Shown here: in pieces, positions 47,052 to 60,385 of the stretch
Layout: every line of letters begins with the position of its first letter
How positions within the stretch are numbered: the first letter of the stretch is position 1
Source of the DNA: an uncultured Gemmatimonadaceae bacterium
GTDB taxonomy: Bacteria; Gemmatimonadota; Gemmatimonadetes; Gemmatimonadales; Gemmatimonadaceae
Length of the DNA stretch: 64,000 nucleotides
Assembly: GCA_963829055.1 (NCBI GenBank)
Contig: CAWHHI010000012.1
Coordinates: forward strand, 448,001-512,000
Direction: 5' to 3'
Position numbers and translations under genes: made by a program
Notes under the pieces: generated by a model
Told to the model about the DNA's origin: nothing
Database searches by the model: none
The model's input: the letters and a program-made list of their open reading frames with translations, nothing else

Positions 47052-49907
47052 ATGACCGCACAATTCCGTCCGCGACGGGGTGCGTACGCTCGCCCTCGCC
47101 GCGGCGTATGCCGTTACCGCCGCCGTCGGCTCTGGCTCGGCGCGACGTTGCACGACACGCCGCCACTATGGCCCGCGGCTGGCCTCGCCATCGCCGCGTT
47201 ATGCATCGGTGGCGTGCGCCTCTGGCCGGGCGATCACGCTCGGGACGCTGATCGTGTTCGGCACCCCGCGGCAACGGCGCGTTGCTCACGGCGGCGATCG
47301 TCGCATCGACGACGCTGGAAGCCGGTGATCGGCGGCACTGGTGCTCAGCGGCGTCGCGTCGCTTCCGCCCAGACCTTCGCCGCACGCGTGATGCCTGTCG
47401 CGCTCGTCGTGACCGGCGGCGTCATCGCGCCAGCGATCGGCGCGCTCGTCGGCGCCGGGGCGTTCGCGCCTACGGCTCGCGCGATCGCCCTGGATCGTTC
47501 GGCGCCGAGTGGCTCGAATGGTTCCTCGGCGACGCGATCGGCGCGATCGTGTTCGCGCCGGCGGTCCTCGTGTGGATGCCGCAGGCGCGTCCGCGCACGC
47601 GCGGCCGGCGCCCGCGGGAAACGATGGCGTTCGTCTTCGGGCTCGCGGTGTCATCGTTCGTCGCCCTCGGCGGTGTGCCGTTGATCGGTGGTGAAGACAG
47701 GCCGCTCATCTTCATCAGCTTTCCGTTCATCGTCTGGGGCGCGTTGAGGCTCGGTCTCAGAACGACGATGACCGCGGTCGCGTCCGTCTCTGTGGCGGCG
47801 AGCGTCGCCGCGGCGATGCACATCGGGTCATTCGACGCATCCCGACACCGACGTCGGCACGCTGCTGCAGGCCTATCTGGCCGACCGCTGCGACGACGGC
47901 GCTGCATCGTGGCGGCGTCCGCCGCTGAGCGCCGTGACGCGACTCGATCGGCTGACCGAGAGCGAGCGTCAGCTTTCGCTCGTCTTCGACAGCAACTCGG
48001 ATACGCTGCTGCTGTTCGCGCGTCGACGGCCCGGACCAGTACCGACTGATCACGGCGAACGGGCGTTGCACGCGATGTTGCGTCGCCACCGGCCCGAAAT
48101 GGCCGATCGTCCGCTCGCGGCATCGCCGATGGAGGAGTTCATCACCGACGTGCTCGAGCTTCCCGCCGACCGCATACGCGAGGAACATCGAGTTCTTCCG
48201 CCGCGTCATCGATGACGAAGGCGCCGCTCTCGTACGAGAACATCGACTGGGGTCGGGCCGATCAGGTCTCGGAAGTCACGGTCATCCCGGTCTTCGATCG
48301 CGCCGGCCGGTGCACGCACGTCCTTCGATCATCGCGCGACATCTCGGCCCGCAAGCAGGCGGAGGCACTCGCTCCGGCTGCACGACTTCGTGATGACGAA
48401 CGCGCCGTTAGGTGTGCTGATGCTGAACGCCGTCACAGTCAGATCGTCTTCGCGAACGAGACGGCGTGCAGCCTCCTCGCTCGGCCGCACGCAACGAGTT
48501 GCTCGGGCGCCGGCTCGATGACCTGGACGCGCCGGGACTGGCGGACGCACTGGGCAGTCGCTGCTGGAGATCGGACGGCGCTGGGACGGCCACGAGCGTC
48601 GAGTTCGATCGCGTTGACGCGATGACGGCAGCCGACATCCACTCGAGCTGTCGATCGCGTATCCTCGCGTACGCGGGCAGCGACGTGTCGTGCGTGTTCG
48701 TCCGCGACATGTCGGAGCGTCGGCGCGCCGAGACGACGCGGCGCAACGCTCGAGGCGGAGCTGTTCCACGCGCAGAAAATGGATGCCATGGGCACACTCG
48801 CTGGCGGCATCGCGCACGACTTCAACAACATTCTGACCGCCATCGTCGGCAACGCCGAGATGGCGCAGATCGAGCTTCCGCCGAACCATACCGGCCGCCA
48901 GGACATCGCCGAGGTGCAACGCGCGACGCGTCGCGCGCGCGATCTCGTGCCGCAGATCCTCACGTTCAGTCGCAAGCAGCAGCCCGAGCGGCGGCCGGTG
49001 CGCGTCGCAGACGTCATCGATGACGTCGTGCGGCTGCTCCGCGCGACGATCCCTGTCGACGATCGACCTACGCTCGCGAAGCCGATTCACGAACGCGCAG
49101 ATCTTCGGCGAGCCGACGCAGTTGCATCAGGTGCTGACGAACCTGGGGACGAATGCCGCGCACGCCATCGGGCGAGCAGCACGGGGTGATCGCGCTCTCG
49201 CAGACGCTGGTCGACGTCGACGGGGAATCCATGCGCGGAGATCTGCTGCCGGGGCGGTACGTCTGCATCACGGTGACGGACACCGGACACGGCATGGATC
49301 GGCCGACGCTCGAACGCGCGTTCGAGCCGTTCTTCACGACGAAGGACCCGGGCGTCGGCACGGGACTCGGCCTCGCGGTGGTGCACGGCATCGTGAAGAA
49401 TCATGATGGCGTGGTGCTCGTGGAGAGCACGCCGGGCGAGGGTACGACGTTCCGCTGTACTTCCCTCTGCTCGCGGGCGACGCCGGCGAGCGACGCCCGG
49501 CGGAGGCGACGTGAGATCCCGCGCGGCGCCGGGCGAGCGAGTGCTGTTCGTGGACGACGAGCCCTCGCTCTCCGACGTGACTCGCCGGATGCTCGAACGC
49601 CTCGGCTACCAGGTCGTGGCGCTCCGCTCGGCGACGGACGCGCTGGCGGTGTTTCGCGCCGAACCCGACGGCGTTCGATCTCGTGATCAGCGACCTGACG
49701 ATGCCGGGCCTAACGGGCGCGCAGCTCGCGGTGGAGATGCGTCGCGTGCGGGCGAACGTGCCGGTGATCCTGTCGACGGGGTATCTCGACCGCCTCGACG
49801 GCGCGACGGCGGAGTCGTTGCGCGTGCATGAGCTGCTGATCAAGCCGTACACGACGGAGGCGCTCGCGACGGCGGTCCAGCGCGCGCTGAGCGCGGCAGC
49901 CGCCTAA
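47052..49907 (+). CDS. Hybrid sensor histidine kinase, MASE1-PAS-HisKA-HATPase-REC (heavily frameshifted)
   Basis: MASE1-like LWPAAG and [59 protein letters not shown] and SDLTMPG. Confidence 0.88.
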
Positions 49908-49917
49908 CGCCTCCCAT

Positions 49918-50012
49918 GTCATCCCGAGCGTCAGCGAGGGATCTTGTGATGTCATCGTAGCCGGACTGGCCACGAGTACTTCACGAAGGTCCCTCGCTGC
50001 GCTCGGGATGAC
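49918..50012. repeat. REP/MITE-like palindromic element, GTCATCCCGAGCG...CGCTCGGGATGAC
   Basis: GTCATCCCGAGCGTCAGCGAGGGATCT pairs with AGGTCCCTCGCTGCGCTCGGGATGAC; followed by (CCGCCGT)3 at 50024-50044. Confidence 0.8.
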
Positions 50013-50062
50013 GACGTTTTCTCCCGCCGTCCGCCGTCCGCCGTCCTCCTTCCGCGGCCTAA

Positions 50063-51003
50063 CTAGTCTTGCGCGCCTGTGATGAGCGCGACCGCCACAT
50101 CACCGACGATCTTCAACGACTGCGCCGACACCTTGTCGAGCGTGTCATCAGGCGTGTGGTGGTAGTTCGGCTTTCCCGAGCCCGGCGGGCCCAGGTAGTC
50201 GAGGTCGATGACGTCGATCACGCGCAGCCCCTTGTCGAGCAGCGGAATGTGATCGTCCGTCACCGCGTAGCCGGTACGCGGCGGGAAGTATTTCTGGTAG
50301 CCGAGCTTCGCCGCCGTGTCCCAGACGCGCGACACGACTTCCGGCGCCCGGTCCACGGAGTTCGACTCCTGCGGAATCAGCAGGTCCGCGTCACCGATCA
50401 TGTCGAACAACACGCCGAACAATCGGCTGATAGCCCGCGGGCAGATTGCGCCGCGAAATACGTCGAGCCGATCAGCACGTCGACGTCCGGCGGGCCGAAC
50501 GTGCCGTAGTCTTCGCCGTCGACGAACAGCAGGTCCACGCCAACCGTCGGCGGCGTTTTCTTCAGCACGTCGCCGAGCGCGATGAACAACGCCACGCCGG
50601 ACGCGCCGTCGTTCGCGCCGGGCACGGGCAACGATCGCTTCGCCGGGTCTTCCGCCTGATCCGAAACCGGACGCGAATCCCAGTGCGTGACGTAGAGAAT
50701 GCGCGTCGTCGCCTGCGGGCGAAACCGCGCGAAGATGTTCCGGAGCGGCAGCGTGTCGCCCTTGGCCGTCACGTGATTCCACTTCTGCTCGATGACGGTG
50801 TCCGCGCGCTCGCGCATCTGCGCGACGATCCAGTCGCCGGCCTTGCGCGCGGCCTCGGTGCCGGGGACGCGCGCGCCGAAGTCGAGCTGCGTTTTCACGT
50901 ACCCGCGCGCGACCTCGCCGTCGAACGGCGTGCCTTCGGTGGACGTGGTGCGGTCGCAGGCGCCTAACAACAGCAGCGCACAGGCGAGGAAGAACATTCT
51001 CAC
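50063..51003 (-). CDS. M28 family peptidase / glutaminyl cyclase-like lipoprotein (frameshifted)
   Basis: Lipobox LLLGAC, HWDSRP, GANDGASGVA, DGED, DMIGD, DDHIP and HHT; GTGA overlap with the sprA stop. Confidence 0.9.
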
Positions 51004-54000
51004 CTCAGGTCTCCGGCGAAGAACTGCATCTGGACGACGGCCGTGATCACGGTCTGTATGAGTCGTCGGTTCAAGTTACGATCGAAGTTCACGATGCGAG
51101 AGCCCTGGATGCTGAACGTCGCGTTCTCGGCGACGTCGGTGTCGGCGTTCAGCGTGAAGGCCTGACGGCCGTTGTCGGTGAGTCGACTGCGCTGCGATGC
51201 GGCGAACAGATTCTGAACGTAGCTCTTGGTGCGGGCCTGCTGGAAGCCGAGCCTCGCGCGCAACCCGCTCTTGAGCCCCCAATCCGACCGGCAGCGCGAA
51301 CGTGCGGCCGATCTCCGCGCTCGTCTCCTTCGAGTTGCCGTTCGTCACGCTCCCCGGCAGTGAATCCACCTGCGTGCGGTACGAGTAGCCCGCCGTGGTC
51401 GTCAGCTCGCCCGGTGCCCAGGTCATCGATCCATTGATCGGGTACGTCTGCACGCGCGTGGCACGCTCCTCGGCGTTCGGCGCCGGTAATCACCGCGGGC
51501 ACCACCAGCGACTGGCGCGTACGCAGCAGACGGCCATTGATCCCGGCCGCCTTCACCAGGCCGCCGAAGCAACGGACCGCGCGGACTCCAGCGCACGTTC
51601 AGGTCGGGGAACACGATCTGGTCACCGTCGATGTTGGTCTGCTCCGCCTCGAGCCGTCGCGCCCAGTTGCGCGTCGTCGTCCGCTGCGTGCGATTCGTGA
51701 TCGCGAGGTCGAGCGGCAGGTTGAGCCCACTCGAGAGCGACAGCTGCGCGCTGGCCCCGGCACTGTTCGCGACGTCGCCGCTGAGCGCGCGGAATCCGGT
51801 GATCGAACCGATGCCGAGTTGATACCCGATACCGGGCGCGTCGGACGCGGCGTCGTAGGAGCTCAGGATCCCCTGCGTCGATGGACACGTCGATCGGTTG
51901 GAGGTATTGCGCGATGCGCCCGGCCAGCGATGCCGGTCCGGCGTACTTGGTCCCGGCTTTCGCGACATCGATCCCCGCGCCGACGGTGATGGTTCGTGTG
52001 TTTCCGAGCCGCACGGCGAGACGCGGCGGTTCGGCGGAACGCAGGCGTCGATGGCAGCGAATCACGCGAACAGCAGCGGAGCATTCGGATCGCGCAGCAA
52101 CGAGAAGCTCGACGCGAGGTCCACGCGAGGACGCAGCCAGCCCGGCGATCTCGGGCGCATACGTGACTGAGCTCGCAGAGCTGCCGCTCGCGCTCGATGC
52201 CGGCGTCCATCCCGAGGAACGACTCCGCGGTCGGTCGGCCGCGGCAGCCCCGTTAGGCGTCATCGGGTCGTAGTCGCGGAGGTCGCGGAGGATGACGACG
52301 TCCGCGCGCGCTGTGAGGTGCGGCAGCGGCTGTAGCTCCAGCGACCGATGCGTTCCGCCACAGATCGCTCTCCCCCGTCGCCACCCGGCCCGGTATCGTC
52401 CACGGCGTCCGCGGGCTTGAGGAACGACTCGCGCCGCTCGGAGTCGCGCGCCAGGCCGCTCGTGAGGCGGAACGACGTGGGTCGCAGGTTGAACGCGCCC
52501 GGTGCCTGACCGCCGGTGGACAGCCACGGCGGCATGAGTGCGCGAAGACCACGCGCGCCACCGTCGCCGCCACCCGGGCCCGAGCCCACGACCGGCAGCG
52601 TCACGAAGTAGTCGCCGGAAAGCGTGAACCGGTGTCGTGAGCCCGTCCTGGAACTCGGACCGGTTGCCTAACGCGTAGATAGGTGCCGGTGACGCCGAGG
52701 TGGTTGACGATCGGCGCGTACCAGGCGCCGGCGAGCGGCTGTACCCGTCTGACGGACAGCGCGTAGCTCGTGGACGATGTCCGCGGCGATCGAAGCCCCT
52801 CGATCTCGTCGCCGGCCACGTCCGACTGCGCGAGGAACGTCGGGTCGACAGCGGCGTTCGCGTAGGAGATCGTGAGTGGGAGCGCCAGACCCGAGACGTG
52901 GCGGCAGGAACTGGTCGAGCCGGACGGTCGTGGCGAGCTCCAGGTCGTTGTTCGTCTGGAACGACGGTGCCTCGCCCGAGCTGACGGAAGTACGGGTCCC
53001 GGCGCGTCGTCGCGATCCGGACCGTCGCGAGGTCGCCTAACGCCATCGACAGGCCGATCTGCCCGGCGAACCCACTCGTGTTCACGACGTCCGTCGAGCC
53101 GGATGTCATCGACCCACACCTCCATCGTGTCGCTCGGCGTGAGCGGCGTGGGCCCGGTCGCGGAGTCGACGCGCACGATGCCGACCGCGAGCTCCTGCAC
53201 GCTGCCGAGGTTCGGCGGCGCGACGGCTGGATCCGTCGTGTACACCATGTAGCCGCCGTCACACGCGGCGAACCGGTTCACGGCCGAACCGACCGGCAGC
53301 CCCGATCGCACGATGAGCGCGGAGTCGGCGCCCGAGCACGAGAGTGAATCGGCGCGAGCCGTTCAGGTACGCGCCTTCGAGCTTCGCGCGCAACGCGAAG
53401 AACTTCTCGAAGCGCACGCGGACCTCCGGCTCCCACGCCGCGCGTGTCGCGCCCGCGCTGGCGGGCGTGCGGTAGAGGTAGAAGTTGTTCGGGTCGCGAC
53501 CGATCTTGATGAAGAACTGCAGCTCGCCGTTCTGACCCCAGCCGTTGCCGCGGCCGCGCGCCCACACGCGAAGCTCCTTGTAGCGACATGAAGCTCTTCT
53601 GTCCTTCGGGAAACCTGAAGAACGCTTCGGCGCGGTCGTACTTCGCGAGACCGCCAGCCTGGAGGCGCAGCGAGCGCTCGTTGATCTGCACGCGCGCGGA
53701 GTCGAACTGCGTCTGAAGATTGTCCGGCTCGTCGACCACGCCGGGCGGCGGCTCGTAGACCAGGCCGCGCGTCGAGTCCTGACTCTCCGTGCCGATCACG
53801 CCCGCCACTGACGTAGCCCGGCGGGCTCTGTTCGCGCTCCCCGGCGATTCCGGCGAGCGGCCGGCTGCTGCGCTTGAGCCACGGCGCGCCGACGAAGCGA
53901 AGCCGCGCGATCGCGGTCGTGATGAACGCGTCATCGCTGCGCCGAATTCGACGAGATGGTCGTGATGCGCAGCGCCTGGACCCGGCGCACAAGCGGGCCA

Positions 54001-57000
54001 CCGTTGATGGAATCGCCCGCGGCGGCGAACGGCAGGCGCACGTGGACCCAGCACAGCGGGGTCGTGAGCGGCCGCGCGCCGTTCGGATCGTCCGACCCGC
54101 GCGCCGCACTCGCCCACGCGGTCGTAGCTGGTCGAGTCCGTGAGATCGACGATGTACCGAAGGAGTCGCTCGTCGGTGCGCATCGAGTTGTCGGCGTCGA
54201 GATCCTCCTCGTCGAGGCGGCTGTTGGCAACGGTACAGTTCACGCGGGCATCGCCTAACGCTCGAACGCGGATGTCGCCGCGGGTGCAGATGCGCACGCC
54301 CGTGTCCGCACGCGGCGACGCCACTGCTCGACGACGACGAGCGTGTCGACCACGTCGCCCGGGAGGCCGGTGTCGTTGACGTCGACGTTGAAGGCGCGCG
54401 AGAACGGGTCGCGCTCGGAATCGAGCCGGTTGTAGCTTTGCAGCTTTTTTCCCGTGTACGTGCTGTCGACCGTTCCTCCCTGCCCTGTTCCCGACGGTAA
54501 GACGTCTCGGGTGCGAATGCCACCGAATTCTCCGACACGTCACCCAGGTCCAACACCAGAATGGGGTTCGATGACCGCCGTACCGCGTTCGTATCCACCA
54601 GCGCCCAGAACTCGATCGTCTCTACGCCAGTGAGATCCGCGCCCGACGGGCCTAACGAGGTGCGGATCGATCGCCACCGCGGGCCCGGCAACGTGTTCGA
54701 CGACCTTCCAGCGATAGGTGTTCGTGGTCGGATCGCGCTGTCCGCCAATCGCCAGCGGGTAGAGCGTGAGCCACAACAGTGTTTCCGGCGCCGAGACCCC
54801 GGCGCCCACGATGTTCGTCTGCGGGTCGATCTGCTCGATCGTGAACCGCACGTCGTTGCCGCTGCGATCGGTGCCGTTCGTCTGCCACGCCAGCGTCGTC
54901 GCCCGCGCGAGATCGAGCGCGCGTGCGCCGACGCGCCCCGGCAAGCGCGCGCCTAACGTCGGCTGACTGCTGTAGTACCACGCGTTGTCAGCCAGCGACA
55001 CCGTGAGCCCCCCTTCTCCCTCGAACGACTCGATGTACGCCTGCCCCTTCGAGTTCGGCCGCGGCCGGCTCACCGCGAACTCGCCCTGCAGCTCGATCTG
55101 TCGACGGGCCGACGAGGCTGTCGCGGAAGGGCATCGACCGGCCGATGAAACGCCCGAGCGGCGTCGGCATCGAACAGGAACGCGCCGTTGACTCCGGCGA
55201 CGAATGACGACGCCGGCTCGTAGCCGAGCGGCGGCCGATGTGAACGTCGTTCGCTGCGACTGCGAGATTGCCGTGAAGTTGAGCGCTCCGTGTTCGCCAG
55301 CGAACTGCGTCGTGATGCCGAAGATCGACGTCGGAGTCGTCGTGAACAGCGGATTCTCCTCGTAGCTGCACGCGCACGCGCCGCGCGAACGGAAACAGCG
55401 TGTCGGGACGCGCGAACGTCACGCGACCCAGCTCGTAGTCGATCTGGTAGTCCACGCCGCGCACGAGCTGGCGGCCGTCGATCAGGATACGCTCGGATCC
55501 CTGACGCAGCTGCACCGCGTTCAGCGCCAGCGTTCCGACCTCGTCGCCGACCTGTGACTCGTAGCGTCACGCGCAGCCGGTAGAACGACTGCGGGTGCCG
55601 CGTGGAGTAGAGGTATTCATCCGGCGTCCGGTAGATCGTGTCGTTCGCCGGATTCTCCAGCGGACCGGCGAGTCCCGCGCGCGCGAATGGCTGCAGCGAC
55701 GGGAAGACAAGGAAGAAGTCGCGGATGACGTCCTCGACGCCACCTCCCTGCGCCACGATCCGGTTCGGATCGTTAGGTCTCGGCCACAGTCGGTTGTCCG
55801 CATCGAAGCGTGCGTTGTTCGTCGCCTCCGCGATGCGGAACTGCTGGATGTACGTGTCCGCGCCACCGGCAGCCGGCTTCTCCTGTTCGGCGCTCCCGCC
55901 GGTGAGGATGCGAAGCTGAACGGTCTCGCGCCGCACGTCGCGTACCGCCGATGCGATAGACGGAGCGGATCTCTCGGCGGAAGGCAGGATCGTCCGGCGT
56001 GACCTTCGGATCCCACAGCAGGTTCGCGAACTGATCTCGCCCCGACACGAACTCGAGGTCGGGCGTCCCGCCCGTGCTCACGATCGTCGTGTCGCTGCCC
56101 ATTGATGCGCACGTTGTAGGCGACCACGAGCCGCTCGCTGTTCTGACTCAGCGGCGTGACGAGCGCGAACCACAGGAGCGACGGATCGATGTAATAGTCG
56201 ACGCGCTCCCGGAGCAGCTCGTACACCTGGCCACGCTGCGATGTCGGGTCGCCAATGATCCGGAACTGCGGGCCGTTCGGATTGCGCGGCTGTCCGCCAA
56301 GCAGCAGGCGGTACACGAACACCTTCGACGGCCGCACGGAATCGGGCAGGGCCGCCGGCGAGCGCGGAGAGCTGGCGACGGTTGAGGATGTCGACGTTGG
56401 GGTACGCCGCCCCGAACAGCAGCGGGTCGACGGTGAAGAAGAACCGCCTCGGCTCGATCTGATAGTCCTCGATGTCTCGCGTCCGTTGCTGGACCGTCCG
56501 GTCGCCGACGATGAAAATCGACGTCCTGCACGACGTTGCCCTTCTGCTGCGCGGCGATGGCCGAGAACGTCATCGGGCCAATGCGGCCGGCGGCCTGGAC
56601 GCCGTAGTTGCCGCTCGGAATGCCGGACGTGAGGAAGCGCGAGGTCGGCGGCGCGAACGAGACGTTCCCGACCTCGAGGCGCTGAAGGAACTCGTTGCCC
56701 TTCCCCTCGTAGCGGATGGAGATGTTGTTCGAGGCGTCGAACTCGCGCTGGGTGTCGTAGTCGACGTCCACGTGGACACGGTCGGCGACCGTACCCCGCG
56801 TGAGCAGGTTGAACTGAAAGTCGAACGTCGGTTGGAAGCTGCCCTGGCAGCTGAACGCGGTCGCGAACAGTTGCGTGGAGCCACACCGGTCGTTCTTGAC
56901 CTGCTCGCCCTTGACCTCGAGCCGGGAGTTCAGCCGCAGGTCCAGCTTCTCGAAGCCTGGCGGCAGCGACCCGGCCAGGTTTCCAGCGCTGTCAGTCTTG

Positions 57001-57212
57001 GCGCGCGCTGTGTCCCGGGTCGCGCGGCCGGCGGATCGTGTCGCCGGGCTGGCGGATCGTGTCCCGCGGAGCGCTCCGTCCAGTGGTGTCTCGACGGACC
57101 GTGTCCTGGACCGCGCTGACACCATCGGCGCGTCTCCGTCCCCACTCGCCCACGCGACCGACGGCAGGCACGCGAGGACGGCGACCAGACCAACCGAGAG
57201 GACGCGCACCAA
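51000..57212 (-). CDS. sprA: SprA/Sov-like giant outer-membrane beta-barrel (T9SS translocon homolog), about 2,050 aa, heavily frameshifted
   Basis: GTVADRVHVDVDYDTQREFDASNNISIRYEG..LQRLEVGNVSF, GSERILIDGRQLVRGVDYQIDYELGRVTF, AYIESFEG, LDLGDVSEN and DEEDLD; C-terminal beta strands ending QMQFF. Confidence 0.75.
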
Positions 57213-57429
57213 ATGACGAGAGGAGGGTAGCAGCTAAGGCGTGCGAGATTGGAGGGAGGTCGGGACGCGGCACACGAAGCCTCACGCGGACCTTGAATTC
57301 ACCCTCTGGGCGGGTGGAATATTCTGGCTGCCCTACGCCCTTCTACGACAGGGGCTGAGCCAGGTTCCCGTGAGTGTCCGACGTAACCTTCGCCAGCTAC
57401 CCTGACGGCCCGAGCGAGCTGATCGTCGC

Positions 57430-59285
57430 GTGAAGATAATCAACAAGTATGTGCTGCAAGAGCACGTCGGGCCGCTCGTGTTCGCCCTGACGGCGCTCAC
57501 GTCGCTGCTGCTGCTCAACTACATCGCCAAGCGATTCGGTGACCTCGTGGGCAAGGGCCTCGGCTGGTGCGTCATCGGCGAGTTCTTCCTGCTCTCGGTC
57601 CCGTTCACCGTCGCCATGACGCTGCCGATGGCGGTGCTCGTGTCGACGCTGTACGCGTTCAGCCGCCTGGCGGCCGAGAACGAGATCACGGCGCTCAAGG
57701 CGAGCGGCGTCGGCATGACGCGCGTGCTCGTGCCCGGTGCTCGTTGCGGCGCCACGGTCATGGCCGTGTTCATGCTCTTCTTCAACGATCAGGTGCTGCC
57801 GCGCGCGAACCATCGGCTCAGCACGCTCCAGCAGGACATTGCCCGCAAGAAGCCGACGTTCGCGCTCAAGTCGCAGGTGCTCAACGAGGTGTCGCCGGGC
57901 AAGCTGTTCGCTCAAGGCCGACTACATCGATCAGTCCACGAGCTGGCTCCAGGTCGTCACGATCTACGACTTCTCCGACCCGTCCGGCGCCGGACGATCT
58001 ATGCGGACAGCGGCAAGATGGAGCTGGTCGGCGACGATCTCCTGCTGACGCTGCTACAGCGGCAACATGCAGGAAGTGCCGAAGAACGATCCGACGCAGC
58101 TGCAGCGCCTGTTCTACGACATCGACCGCGTTCGCGTCGCGGAACGTCGTGAACTCGCTGACGCGCTCGGACAGCGACGAACACGTACAAGGGCGACCGC
58201 GAGATGTCCGTCTGCGAGATGCAGAAGGAGTTCGCGTCGCACGAGCTGGACTTCGCAGGTGGCGCAGCTACTCGCTGGAGCACGCGCTGGTGTCTGCCGT
58301 ACGCGAGCTGACGACGGGCACGCCCGCCGTTGCGCTCGAGCCGACGTCGTCGATGCCGCCGTCCGCCGGCATCGAGACGAGGCGAGCTCGCAGGCCGGGC
58401 ACACGCTCGCTCCCGCGCGGCTTCAAGCCGCAGCTGTCACGCACGCATTGGCGGCGCGTACTGCAGCCTCATGCGCGAAGTTCGAGAAGGCGAAGCTGCC
58501 GCCGCTCGTGAAGTCGGCGAGTGCGGCCGAGCCTCCGCGCACAACAGCCAGCGCAGGATACGGCGCAAGCAGCACGACTCGGCGCCACAGCGCGCATACT
58601 CATGGGCGGGGCCAGCACCGGAGCCGTCACCGACGCGCGCCCGTTCGAAGTCCGCCACGTGGGCGCGCCTAACGGTGCCAGCCGCCGGGGTCGCGGTCGT
58701 ACCGGGCGCCGCCGATCGCGCCAGCCGCGCGCCGGTGCCCGCGCGACTGCCGGTTCCACCGCGCTGTCGTGCCAGGCGTTCATCCCTGTCGTACCGCGGG
58801 AGCCGACGTCAGCCGCCGCCGTGCTCGACGTCGACTGCGGCGATCGAGACGGCTCGCGGCCGCATGCTCGAGAACCGGACGACGATGAACCGCTACGACG
58901 TCGAGATTCAGAAGAAGTTCGCGCTCTCGGCGGCGTGCATCGTGTTCGTGCTCATCGGCGCGCCGATCGCGCTGCGGTTCCCGCGCGGCGGCGTCGGTCT
59001 CGTGATCGGCGTGAGCCTCGGCGTCTTCGCGATCTACTACGTCGGCCTCATCGCGGGCGAATCGCTCGCGGACCGCGCGTTCCTCACTCCGTTCTGGGCC
59101 ATGTGGGCCGCCAACGTGATTCTCACGATCGTCGGGCTCGTTGCTCCTGGCGCGCATGGGACGCGAGGGCGCGACGTCGCGCGGCGGAGACCTGTCGGAG
59201 CTGATCGACGCGCATACGTGCCAACCTCGCGAAGCTCGGGCGCCGGATTGGCTTCCCCGCCGAACGCCGCCACCGGACTGCCTGA
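57430..59285 (+). CDS. lptF: LptF/LptG family LPS export permease (LptF-like) with low-complexity insert (frameshifted)
   Basis: MKIINKYVL, LPMAVLVSTLYAFSRLAAENEITALKASG, EIQKKFALSAACIVFVLIGAP and AMWAAN. Confidence 0.88.
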
Positions 59286-60385
59286 TGCGACGACGGACTC
59301 ATTCGACCACTCGACCGATACGTCTTCTCGGAGTTCTGGAAGATCTTCATGATGACGGCGTTGGGATTCCCACTGCTGATCATCATCATCGATCTCACGG
59401 ACAACCTCGACAAGTATCTCAACCGCCAGTTGCCGCGGTCGATCAGATCGCGCTGAGCTACCTGTATTTCATCCCCGATTCGATGTTCCTCGTGATGCCG
59501 GCCGCGGTGCTGTTCGCGACCGTCTTCTCGATCGGCGCCCTAACGCGGCACTCCGAGATCACCGCGGCGAAGGCGTCAGGCATCAGCTTCTACCGCCTGA
59601 CGCTGCCGATCTACCTCGGCGCGATCTTCGCGGCCGGCGCTGGCCCTCGCGCTCGGCGAGCTCGTGCCGATCACGAACTCCAAGCGCGCCGATCTGCTCG
59701 AGGAGAAGAAGTTCCGGCCGGGAAGCGATCGCTACAACTTCGCGTTCGCGGCCGAGCGCGGGCGCGTGTACAAGATCAGCTCCCTGAACGCCGAGAAGGG
59801 CAAGCTCGAGGGGCATCGAGATCGAGCGCAAAGGGCAAGGGGCTCGACTATCCGACGTACGTGCTCACTGCCGATCAGGGCGACTGGAACGCGAAGCGTG
59901 GCTGGGCGCTGACGAAGGGCGCGATCCATGTGATTCCCTCCGATACGCTCGCGGACGTCACGTTCGCGTTCGACTCGCTCCACGATCAGTGCAATGCGTG
60001 AGGCACCGACCGGAGCTGATCGCGACGCCGAAGGCCCCGCAGGAGATGGGGTATCGCGCGCTGAGTCGCTACATTGCGTCGCTCGAGCGGTCGGGGGGCG
60101 ACGCGAACGAGCTGCGCGTGGAGCGCGCGCTCAAGATCGCGATTCCCATCACCTGCATCATCATCGCGCTGTTCGGCGCGCCCCTTGCCACGAGCACGCA
60201 GCGCGGCGGTGCCGCGTACGGCATCGGCATCAGCCTCGCGACGACGGTCATCTTCCTGATGCTGATCCAGCTCACGAAGGCGGTCGGCGGAAAGGGTCTC
60301 ATCCCGCCGGAGGTCGCGGCGTGGATGCCGAACGCGGTGTTCGCGATGATCGGCACTGGTGATGCTGGCGAGGGTGAGAACGTGA
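59285..60385 (+). CDS. lptG: LptF/LptG family LPS export permease (LptG-like; frameshifted)
   Basis: LDRYVFSEF, PAAVLFATVFSIGALTRHSEITAAKASG, KIAIP and AAWMPN. Confidence 0.88.
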
